From assembly GCF_009914755.1 (NCBI RefSeq), contig NC_060937.1: DNA of 64,000 nucleotides; one strand, 5' to 3'. This stretch comes from the human T2T-CHM13v2.0 reference genome, Homo sapiens. This document shows, piece by piece, positions 38,486 to 52,404 of this stretch. Under the pieces are notes generated by a model that had not been told where the DNA came from, searched no databases, and was given only the letters and a program-made list of their open reading frames with translations. A program made the position numbers and the translations under genes. The number at the start of each line of letters is the position of its first letter. The first letter of the stretch is position 1.

Positions 38486-39327
38486 TATTTGAAAATAATG
38501 TTCTTTGATATGCAATACTGATCCTATCATCAGGGAAAAGAAAAAAAAACATTTTAAAGAATGCTTTAAAAAAAGGTTCCACTTCATTTCATAAAACCTG
38601 AAAACTGTAGACATATATCTAGTTATTCATCTTTGAAGTCACCTACTCTCTCAAACATTCTTAGCTGTATATCTGGGGTCTCAAATGTTTGCTTTTGTAA
38701 TAAAACAATTCTAACCTTATGAGACTGTCAACTCTACAGAATAAGATCAGCTAACTAAAAGCTTTTGCTTTGGTTTTTCAACAAAGCAATAGAAAAAAAA
38801 TGAAAAGGAAGATGAGGACAAGAATAACACGATATTCAAACAACTTGAATGAATATGGGAAAAGAAAATTGCACTACTGAAGCCACTGAATAATGGTCTG
38901 TGATCTTATCAATTTTCATAAATTAAGCAGGTTGAAACTGGCCAATTTTAGCTAGCAAATTTTAGTAACTAAAAAGAGACTGATGAAAAGCAAATACAGT
39001 CAACTTGATTTTATCTGTGGGCAGATTTACCAACTTGTGGGTTAACAGTGCCATCTGATCTTTTACCCACCATCAGCCTTTGTGTGACTGTGAAATCCCA
39101 GGCCATGTGGGGCTACTAGAAAACCCTACCTCTATCCCCACACTGGGCAACACTGGCTATTCATACCAACTGAAAACCACAGGACCAGTCACCACAATGA
39201 AAAGAATGAAATCATTTTCCCTAATTCATCGTCAAGGACATGATTCCCTGCGCCTTAATTGATGACGCTCCTCTTTTTAAAAATGCCATCGCTCACACAC
39301 TTAGTGTCAGGCATTTTGCCGAGGACA

Positions 39328-42066
<2,739 letters not shown>

Positions 42067-42069
42067 TAT

Positions 42070-42240
42070 TATCTCATTTAATTCTCACAACAACACTATA
42101 AGGAAGAAACTAATATAATTTTCATTTTAGAGTGGGAGAAAGTAATCTCAAGTAAATTAAAGTTACACAAATAATGAATAGAAAAGGTAACATTTGAACC
42201 TGTGTTTCCCATACTCCAATGAACATTTGTAATTTTGGTC
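42070..42240 (-). mobile_element. MIR
   Basis: ATTATCTCATTTAATTCTCACAACAAC...CATTTTAGAG...ATTTGAACC. Confidence 0.65.
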
Positions 42241-42759
42241 TATCCAGGACTTATTTGCCTTTTCTTCTGGTATCCCCACTTTCCTTTGAAAATTATGTCT
42301 TCCACCTTCCACATGATAGAGTCGATGGTCCCAGAGGTGGCTTGTAACCCAAGCTGCATCAGCTGTGTTCTCCTGGGAATTTGAATGCTGAGCAAAGACC
42401 ATGGAGCAAGGAGGAAGCTGGAGCTTCACCATCCAGTGGTAGCATCAAAAGAGCCAAAGAGCCCTTGTGGTGAGATTTCCAAGCTGCTCTGGCTGGCTTC
42501 CCATGGCCTGGTTGGTCAGCCCTTCCTTTGACTCCAAGAGCAACACAGCATCTTTCCACTAGATGCTCTTTCTGGTGTTATTCAGAGCAAAAGATACCTC
42601 TGAAGGCTCTGCTATAAAGGTGCCTCATATTATGCACACGAGGTACTTGGTACCCAGGAATAAGGAAGAAGTGGTCCAGTTCCTCAAGGAATTCAAAATC
42701 TAGGAGAGACACACACACGTGTGTGTAGTCAAAGCTCCCTCAGAAGCATTAAAATATAG

Positions 42760-42888
42760 TATCATAGCATACATGAGTGAACAACTTAGGACATTTCAGA
42801 AATACCATAACATACATGAGTGAACAACACAAGAAATTTCAGAAATATCATAACATACATGAGTGAACAACTCAGGAAATTTCAGAAA
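42760..42888. repeat. 43-bp tandem repeat x3
   Basis: CATACATGAGTGAACAAC at 42768, 42811 and 42854. Confidence 0.95.
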
Positions 42889-43399
42889 GTTAGTGACTCA
42901 TAGATCCAATCATTTTGTTCTCTATGATTCTTGAGAACCCCCTGGCTATATGATCTTATCTCTGTTTGGAGAAGCAACCGAATGTACTCACTGACTTATT
43001 TATATTTGCATTCTTTCGATAGTCATGTATTGAGCAACTATTTTATTTAAGTGCCATATAAACTGGCATTGAAAAATAAATTAATAAAGAAACAACTCAA
43101 CAAACCTGTTAGCTGGTCTCAAAGAAAGACATGTGTGTATCAAATACGTCCAATGGTGTCTTCTGTGTCTGGCTTCTTCATCTAAGAAAGCTTGCCCTAC
43201 AGACGAAAGAGGGCAGATTCCACAAGTCAGACACACATGAGTTGAAGTGTGGCACTGACACCAGCTCTGAGTATTTGGACAAGCAACTTAAAATCTCTGT
43301 CTCAGTTTCCACATTTGTAAAGTAGACATCATAATTCTTGCCTCATGTACTTGTGGGAAGAATAACTGAGAAAACCATGTAGGTTAGCACAGCTCTCGC

Positions 43400-43851
43400 T
43401 GAGCTAGAAGCAAGGAGTTGGCAGGGCTGCATTCCTTTCTGGAGGACCTAGGGAAGAATTTGTTTTCCTGCCTGTCCTGCTTGTGGAGGCTGCCCATATT
43501 CCTTGCTTCAAGGCCCCTTCCATCCTTAGGGCAGCATGGCCAGCCGCATCTTCCCATCTCCTTATTGTGATTATTGGCTCTATTGGTGTTACCGCCGGAT
43601 GACTAAGCTCCAGCTTTCTTCTGATTCTTTCTTCCTACTCCCTCTTTCACTGATAAGGACCTTGTAGTTACATTGGGCCCACTTGAGTAATCCAAGATAT
43701 GCTGGGATAAGATTATCCTCTTGATCAGCTGATTAACATGCTTAATGGCATCTACAATCTACATGTCCCCTGGCCTTGTAACCTGACATATTTACACATT
43801 CCAGGGAGTACAGCCTGAGTATCTCTGGGGAGTGATTATTCTACTACCCCA
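43400..43851 (-). mobile_element. MLT1D-like MaLR LTR
   Basis: GGCAGGGCTGCATTCCTTTCTGGAGG...GAGGCTGCCCATATTCCTTG...TTACATTGGGCCCAC...ATAATC. Confidence 0.75.
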
Positions 43852-43983
43852 CTTACGAAAAGTAGAAGCTATCAATAAGCCAGAGCATATTGCAAGAACG
43901 ATATTCCCACCGCCAGATCACCTGTTTATGAGTTATCGATACTTGAGAAGTCTTCTTAGGCTTTTGATTGTATGCATGCCTGT

Positions 43984-43985
<2 letters not shown>

Positions 43986-44029
<44 letters not shown>
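43986..44029. repeat. (AC)22 microsatellite
   Basis: Perfect dinucleotide run. Confidence 0.98.
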
Positions 44030-44034
<5 letters not shown>

Positions 44035-46529
44035 GACACTGCACTCTAAATAAATTATAGACTCCAGAAAGCTACTAGCACCTATTTTCTATGACATTAC
44101 TTAATTTGCATTACATTTCTATCTTGAAAGCCTATTCTTTCTCTGTGCACATATGAAATTAGAATCATACAACTTGTCTTCTCCTTTTTTATTCATCACT
44201 TTTGCCTAATCCACTTTCTTGCCTCTTAGATATCTACCAGAACTAGAGTTATCATACTCCACCATTCCCTAAGATACACTTGGAAATCAATGAAGTGACT
44301 AATAGCTGAAACAAAAATATTTCTTTAAAATAAGCTTGACAGTTTGCCTGCGTACTGATAAGAGGTGCTTCGGAAATTAATTAACAGGATGTTTTCTTAA
44401 CTCTCAAATTGCAGGTTGCGATAGAAAACAGTGAATGATATTCAGAATATTGTGCTTAATAGGAATGTGATACATGAGAGAGATACATAAGGGAAAGAGA
44501 AGCCACCAGAACACCCCTCTTTCATCCTTTTAAGTTACACTTTAAAATCATGATATCGCTATGTATAATTCATGCCAGAGCTTTACTAGAAAAATAAAAT
44601 TCCTCCCTGAAAATTATAGCAGGTCTATAATTAATTTGTCCTTGAAATGAAAATTACTTCTCCACATTTAAAGAAAATATAAAGTTCCAAACTTTGGCAA
44701 AAATTGCAGTCAAGTTCTTACTGCCACAATAAGACTGTATATGGTATGAATGCATATGCAGATTAACAAGAAAAGAAAGCTATTAGAATACATTCATCTC
44801 AATTTCTATTTCAATGTTTTTCTCAACCGTTTTTTCATGATCGCCGCCCACCCCCCTGCCGACCTAAGGAGCCATTTCAGATATTTTTTCCTAATCATTT
44901 TCCACCATGAAGTGTTAATGCCACAGATATGCTGTGTATTTATTTACTGCATGTATATCTGTACTTTCTACATCAACAGAAGATTTTCCCCTCCCAAGAA
45001 CTGATACTACTTCATTGAGAATGTGTGCTGATTTGATGCCTATCTATACTCATTTGCTAATTCCCCCCACCAAACACACGCATGTTTATTGACACTTACT
45101 ATGTGCCAGGCACACAATAGTGAACAAAGACCTCATTCTCATTTTAGTAAGACACACACAGAGCAAGCAAACCAATAAATACATCACACATCCCGGTATT
45201 GATTTTAAGAAAAAAAATGTAAAGTGCATGAAAATGTTTCTGTGGGCAGACTCTTTGATATTAAAAAAAAAAAACAGTATGTTGCCTGCAGCACTCTTTC
45301 GCTATAAAGTCTAAGAAGACTGTGGATCCTTGAAAGCAGCAGGAGAAACTGAAACAAACAGTGGAGTTCTTCAGAGCCACCTCATTTCACCACAGCACTG
45401 AGTTTGCAACGTTGCTGTCTGCACAAAGCACTGCTGCAATGGGTTTTGTCTCAGGGTCAGAGAGCCCCTCCTCCAGGCTCTCTCAAGGGAAGCCTAGAAA
45501 CCTGGAGGAAAGATAGTTAACGCTCAGGACAGGAGAGATAAACAAGGTTCAACCTGGTGAAGCTGGTCAGATTCCACTTCTTTCAGTTCCAAGTATTAGC
45601 AATGAAATCTATAATCTAGAATTCCTTCTGAAAATATTTGGGAATGGTCATGTACACAGCCTGATGCAAAGAATAAGCGTATAGCTCACTGAACTGCCCC
45701 TGCCATGTTCCAGTGGTTCTGTAATTATAAAATAGAATGTATGTTCCCCTAATAAAGTGTAGAATGTTGAGAGAAGTAGAAAAAATTGAGTAACTCAGAG
45801 TCTCATTCCCCTAACAGAAGCCAATTTAACATTTCATTTGAAGCCTGGGAGAGAGGAAGACATCAGGAAACGGAAAGCAGGAGGTAGGGAGGGTGGGAAG
45901 GATCCAGGAGTCATGGAGGCCGAGCAGCCACAGATTTGCTGGCAGCGCCGGGGGGAAAGGAAGGCGGTCAGGGTCCCTCAGTGGGTCTGAGTCATGAGCC
46001 TGGCAGGACACTGATGGTCATTGGGTCACTACAGCAGCTGAGATTTTTTTTCTGTCTTTGTGACATTAAACACCCATTAACAGAGATATCCTGGCTCCGT
46101 CTCTCTTTCTTAGATGTGAAAGTGATTGTTCAGCCTGATTTGTCAAATACTTCAACTTCCAAATGAACCCCATTTCATTCCTGATTTGACTCGATATATT
46201 CAACGTAAGTTCTGGTGATTTTCCTTCATCACATGTCCCGCTGTCTTTCTTGAGAATAACTTACTTTCTTTGACATGGCTGAGTACTACCTGCAGGACCA
46301 TTCTCCCTATCTTGGACTATGGCCAGCTGGTTGGGTTGACCAGTGAGCCAAGTAGGAGAGCCAGAACTAGGTCTAAATGGAAAGGCCTAGAAATGAGATG
46401 ACTTGGCCTAAGGCTACTGGACATGCCACAAAGGCCCATAGAGTCCAGCACAGGCAAAGCTAGAAGGGTGATTTGCTGCAATTTAGCTGGAAGAAGGCAC
46501 AGAGCTGAAGCCAAATGACAAAGACACAG

Positions 46530-46790
46530 CCGAGGGGGCTTCCTTAGAGCCTGGTCTCTGGCTCCCAGCCATGGGATGAATGTAGCTTCTCCCGTTTACT
46601 GGCTGCAGAAATCTGGGCCAGTTACCCGACTTTTATGTGCCTCACTTTTCTCTTTTATATGTGAATAATCATGGTGTTTATCTAGTGGTGTTGCTAAGTA
46701 ATAAATACTATTGATTAATCTTTAGTAAACTACTTGGAATGATGCCTGGTACATAATAAATACCATGCATAAGTGTTTATTAAATTAAGT
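46530..46790 (+). mobile_element. MIR
   Basis: CTGGGCCAGTTAC...TGTGCCTCACTTTTCTC...TGCCTGGTACATAATAAA. Confidence 0.6.
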
Positions 46791-47359
46791 AAGTGGTTAA
46801 ATCAGATGAGCAAGAGTCTGAAAGAATGATCTTTAGGACAATGGAGCCCCAGAGAATGCGCCTCTTACGGGGAATCCCCTGGTTAAATTCTTGGGTGGAA
46901 AATAGCTATTAAGAGGACCTGGACAGATCAGATTTGAGCAGATATGGAAAAACAAATAAACAGAAAAATGTGTATAAATTGGGAGCTGTTTTTAGAGACC
47001 ACATGCTCATTGTAATTTCCATCATGGAGTAGAAGGCACAGTATGTGAATATGTTATGGACAAGGAAACTGTGAATATGTTAAGTTTAATATAGTGTCCC
47101 TATTAACATATGTCCCTTCCACTCCATGATGGAAATTACAATTACAACTACGATGGCACCATGTGAATTTAACATAGTGTCAGTGTGTTTAATCCAGTTC
47201 TCCAGGTGATCAGCTTCTTGGAATATGGCCGTTGTTGGGAGAGCCCCTCACTAACGTTTCTGAGAGTAGTTGATCTGCCAAACAAATGTTCCTACCATGG
47301 TGTTAGAGCAATCATGTTTACTAATAACAATAACTGCAACAATAAAACACTCCATCACA

Positions 47360-47495
47360 TCCAGGCGTGGTGACTCATGCCAGTAATCCCAGTACTTTGG
47401 AAGACTGAGGCAGAAGGATTGCTTGAGGCCAGGTGTTTATGGCTGATCAAGGCCTGGGCAACATAGCAAGACCCCATCTATATTTTTTTAAAAAA
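47360..47495 (+). mobile_element. FLAM (Alu left monomer)
   Basis: CCAGGCGTGGTGACTCATGCCAGTAATCCCAG...GATTGCTTGAGGCCAGG...GGGCAACATAGCAAGACCCC. Confidence 0.8.
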
Positions 47496-47933
47496 CCTAC
47501 ACCTCGCTGTGCACATTAGTGTGCGCGGTGAGCAAAATCCACATCTTATAGGTCTGTTCCTCTCATTCGTGATATTTTGAGAGGTAGAAAGATTTTCATT
47601 CATAGTTCCTCACTGTCATGGCCCCAACGCTCACACTGTGTCCTGAGAAATGGTGTTGGTGGAGCTCCTCTCTCACCAGGGATCTGCAGTCCATTCAGGG
47701 ACCCCAGTTTGCCTCCACAGAGAACTGTCTTGAGTGGCCCTGAGATTACATATAGATCCATTTTTCCTCGTTGTATCCATTTTCCTTCTCTCCCATATGT
47801 TTTCTGTTACTATGTTCCTATAATAAATGGATTTACTATATTCTACGCACCATGGTAGCTTTGCATGCTTTAGTAATGAGCAAGACAGACATGCTCCTAC
47901 CTGCATGAAGTATACACTCTACATGCTTAGAGG

Positions 47934-48364
47934 TGCATTAGTGAAGGTTTTCCAGAGAATCAGAAGCAATAGGATGGAGAGAGTGAGTGAGAGAAATAGA
48001 TATTAAGAAATGGACTTATATGATTCTAGAGACTGGTAAGTCTACAAGCTGCAGGGTAAGTTGGCAAGCTGAAGACCTAGGGAAGAGTTGATGTTGCCAT
48101 TGTAGTTTCAAAACAATCTGGAGACAGAATTCCCTCTTCCTCAGGGGAGGCCAGCCTATTTCCTCTGAAGGCATTCAGCTGAGTGGATGAGGCACACACA
48201 CATACAAAATGGGGAGGGTAAGCTGCTTTACTCAAAGTTTACTGATTTCAATGTAAATCTCATCTGAAAAATACCTTCACAGCAACATCTAGACTGGTGT
48301 TTAACCAAGTATCTGTGTTTAACCAAGTGCCTAACCAAGCTGACACGTTAAATAAACCATCGCA
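47934..48364 (-). mobile_element. MLT2D-like ERVL LTR
   Basis: TTCCAGAGAATCAGAAGCAATAGG...TGGATGAGGC...CTGCTTTACTCAAAG...AATACCTTCACAGCAACATCTAGA...CTGACAC. Confidence 0.85.
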
Positions 48365-48952
48365 AGGGGCAAGCAGGCATTTTCCATTCAGAGTGAAGGA
48401 CCTACTGAAGGAGCCACACAGAGCTGTCCAAGCACAGAAGAGAAGCCCCTATCTCAGATTTTGGTGGTCATGGGAGGTTTCTAGAGGCATGATATCTGAT
48501 CCAGGGGCTATGTTGGAGCAAAGAAATATGTGCTGTAGTCCAGAGGTAAGCGGTCTGATGCAGTTGGAACAGTGAGGTGTGCAAGAAGCAAGGCAAGAAC
48601 TAGCTCCTGCAAGGGTCTGTGGACCATGTTGAGAAGTCTGGATATTTATCCCAAAGGCAAGGGGGAGTCATTGAAGGGCTAATGAGTGACATGGTGAGAA
48701 TTAGATATAATGACTCTCTTCATATTGTGGAGAACTGAATTTGGGAAGGTAAGCAGGGAGTCTCTAGGAGTGCGTTGAAATCACTAAGGTGAGTCCCTGT
48801 AGTGACCCTGTGTGTGCGCATTCTCCATATCAGAATGCAGCAAGCCTGATTTTCTTTAAAAGGCAAGAGAGTAAGTATTTAAGGCTCTGTGAGCCACATG
48901 TTCTCTGTCACCAAAATTCAGCTCAGTGGTTGTAGCAATAAAACAGCAATAG

Positions 48953-49399
48953 GGCCAGGTGCAGTGGCTCATGCCTGTAAACCCAACACTGAAAAGCCAA
49001 AGTGGGTGGATCACTTGAGGCCAGGAGTTTAAGACCATCCTGGCCAACATGGCAAAACCCCGTCTCTACTAAAAATACAAAAATTATCCTGGCGTGGTGG
49101 CGGGCACCTGTAATCCTAACCACTAGGGAGGCTGAGGCAGAACAATCACTTGACCCCGGGAGGCAGAGATTGCAATGAGCCGAGGCTATCTTGGGCAACA
49201 GAGTGAGAAAGAAGGGAAGAAAGGAAGGAAGGAAGGAAAAGAGAGAAAGAGAGAGGAAGGAAGGAAGGAAGGAAGGAAGGAAGGAGAAGGGAAGGGAAGG
49301 AAGGGAAGGAAGGGAGGGAGGGAAAGGAGGGAGGAAAGGAAGGAAAGGAAGGAAAGGAGGGAGGGAAAGAAAGGAAAGAAAAGAAGGAAAGAAAGAAAG
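48953..49399 (+). mobile_element. AluS with a right-arm deletion and an expanded GA-rich tail
   Basis: Exact TSD AAAACAGCAATAG at 48940-48952 and 49400-49412. Confidence 0.93.
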
Positions 49400-49403
49400 A
49401 AAA
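49205..49403. repeat. 199-nt pure polypurine tract (GGAA/GAAA/GGGA)
   Basis: No pyrimidine on the + strand. (GGAA)7 at 49255 and (GGAA)4 at 49223. Confidence 0.97.
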
Positions 49404-52053
49404 CAGCAATAGGCAATATGTAAACAAATGGATGGGGCCATGTTACAGTGAGACTTTATTCACAAAAACAGGTGCCCGGCAGGTCAGACCTGATCTTCAG
49501 GTCAGGGTTTACTGACAGCTAATCTAGGGGAATAAAAACTCAGGAATGGATTCAAGAATTGTTTAGGAAAGAAAACCAACAGGAAGTGGTGAGCAACACT
49601 ATGTGAGAGAAGGGGAGGTGAAAAGGATCAAGAATGACACATTCAGGGACACAGCCAAGTGAAGATGTTCAGCTCACTCTCAAGCACAAGAGCCTGGAAC
49701 TCAGACAAAAGGTCTGGACTGAAGGTTTAGAGCTGGGTGTTGTTTGCCTACAGATATTCATGGAAGCAAATGAATTGTCCATGGAGAAAGGATAGCTGGG
49801 TAATGGAAGAACCCTCAGAAAAATAGCTAATAACTCCCAGCATTCCAGAGATGAACAATGGAATTGGAACTAATGAAAGGGACAGAAAAAGAGTGTCCAG
49901 AGAGGGAAGAAGAAAAACAAAACCTTGGTATCCAGAAGACAGAAAAAGAGAGGGGTATTTTAGGTGAGGAGGGAGAGAAAAAGAAAGAATCAGTACGATG
50001 GTGTTTGGTGGTCTCCCAGGGGAGCCACAATGAGAGGAAGTCCCCTCTGATGCCTTTGAAGGGGCTTTCTCTGCCACCTTCGGCAGCACCAATGCCCACT
50101 TTCTTTGCTATTGATCATTATACTACAAGTTACAGCATTCCGTTCTTTTGCTTCTAGTCCATGCAGATTCTTAGCTGTAGTGCCAACGTGAAAAGATAGG
50201 GTGGAAAAACCTTAACCAGGTGTTAATTTTACTCCAAGCATTATTTTTAGAATCTCCCATTAAGGTTTTACTCATACAATGGCCGAATTGCCAAATGAAA
50301 ACATATACATGTTATATAAATATAACATCGTATATGTTGATTATATATAAGCGCTTAGGAAACAGAAGTTTTGTTGAAAAATAATATTTTTTCATTATTA
50401 TAATTATTAAAATAGATTTTTATATCTTTCGATTATATATTTTAGGTGTGGAATGTGTGTGTGTGCATGCATGTTCATATTGTGATTTGTTAGCATTAAA
50501 TTAACACAAAGACTAATTATTCTGCCTTAATTAACAGGGGGAAGATAAAAATCTGATGAAGAAATTTTATTTTTAAATATCTTTCATTAAGGGAAAACTG
50601 TCACAAATTTTTAAGCTGCTATTTTCAGCTTCCCTTGCTTGCTCTAAAGTATCCGGTATAAACAATATACTTTGTCTTCACACCTTCCTTGAAGCTTGAG
50701 GAGGTGGAGGTAGAAACAAATCTACGAGGAAAGAGCAAATATGTTCAAATCTCTTTTCTTTCACAGTCTTGACTCAAAGTAGCCTTCACTTCACCTTGGC
50801 TCCAAGAAGACAACGGTCCGTGTTGCAAATACAGCCAACACTGCTGACATTAATTGGCTCTTCACTGAGCCAGAGAAGAAAAGGAAGAACAGCTTGAGAG
50901 TAACTTTAACTTCTCATAAATTCAAAAAAACTTTTGAGGTTTCCAAACTTTCAGGTAAATTATAAAAGCATTCACTTTATTTTTTCATCAGTTACTTTCA
51001 GGAAGAAATACGTATTTCCTACTAAACCAAAAGCAGCTCATTGATTATAATTTAAAATGGCAGATTAAAAATTAATATTTAGTAAACAGAAAAGTCCAGA
51101 AAATATCTTCCCATTGATTCCATAGTATTTAGAATTAGACATATATAAATCAACTTTAAAACCTTTCATCTAATCTCTTTAGAAAATAAAATAGAGCTCA
51201 GCACCACACTGTATATAATATCTTTGAAGAGTATGTAATTTTTAACCGTAGCTTGTCTATAAATTCACTTTAAAATAAATTATAATAATGAAATTTTTTC
51301 AATATTATATGTAAGTTAGAAACTTTTTCCACTGGTCTCAAAATAAGAGTTTACAACTATTATAATAATAAAAATTAGATGAGAAATAAAATGAACAGCT
51401 TGAATTTTATTATGTATAAATCAATTTCTTTCTTTATTAGAATTCTTTCACAAAAGGTATTAGGTAATTGCCCTGTTGCATTATAATACATGCACATAAA
51501 ATATCTCAGCAATGAAAAGTTAATTGAAGCTCCCTCCTCATCACTGTAAATGTCTCTAAACTGCTTTGACTGGGTCAAATTAAAACAAAAGATATTCTTT
51601 AATAAATGCTCAGAGAAAATTGATAACAGAGTATGACAAACCTCCTAAATGAAGTTCCCAGGTATATTTAAAGTTTCATGTTAAATATTCCTCATTTATT
51701 TTTTAGACTTGTTTTATACAAAGCGTAATGCATACAGAGAGAGCAAATACATTTACGAGCCACATTGTGTTTTCTTAATATAAAAATGCAAGAGAGAAAT
51801 AAAAATTACTAAGTACATTTTGAACAGTTCGATTTTGCCGTGTATCATTTTTTCTTTTTCTTTATGATTTTATTCTAAAATGATGCAACTAATCAGCTAT
51901 ATAGAAATGACTTTTTCTAATACATTAACAGTTTACTATATTTTCTTTCTTGTTATTTAATAATGGAAACTTCCATTTAATTTGTTAGTTATTTGCCTGC
52001 ATTTAATTAGCCTTTCAAAAGTAACTCAGCTTAATGATATGGCTTTTATTTAA

Positions 52054-52103
52054 GAAAAAAACAAAACAAAACAAACAAACAAACAAAAACAAGAAAAAAC
52101 AAA
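52054..52103. repeat. (AAAAC)n/(AAAC)n repeat
   Basis: Direct reading. Confidence 0.85.
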
Positions 52104-52232
52104 ATATTAATTGCCTCTACACTGTATGTTAATGTATCATACGGAGATGTATATACTGCTTGGAAAAAATCTGATGTTGTATGCCTCTTGGGAGCAGGAA
52201 GGGGAATTCAGCTAATACTATGTCTTTGGAAA

Positions 52233-52404
52233 TTTTTTTTTTTTAAAGATGAAGTCAGAATATGTTGCCCAGGCTGGGGTGTGGCAGCTATTTACAGATG
52301 CAATCATATCTCACTGCGCTCTCCAACTCCTTGACTTGAGGGATCCTCCTACCTTAGCCTCCCTAGTAGCTGGGACTACAGGCAAATGCCACCTCACTCA
52401 GCCT
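52233..52404 (-). mobile_element. FAM (fossil Alu monomer)
   Basis: TATGTTGCCCAGGCTGG...GCTATTTACAGATGCAATC (7SL/FAM-type segment)...GTAGCTGGGACTACAGG. Both flanks read TTGGAA. Confidence 0.75.

Larger units (their letters stand above)
48831..49522. mobile_element. MER58A split by an Alu, itself within a reverse L2
   Basis: TCTCTGTCACCAAAATTCAGCTC...GTTGTAGC | CAATATGTAAACAAATGG...ACTTTATTCACAAAAACAGG. Confidence 0.75.

Noticed and set aside
48923-49441. Cluster of 73-172 aa ORFs on both strands
   Set aside because: Artefacts of the stop-free GA tract and Alu (F/L/P/S or K/E/G/R low complexity).
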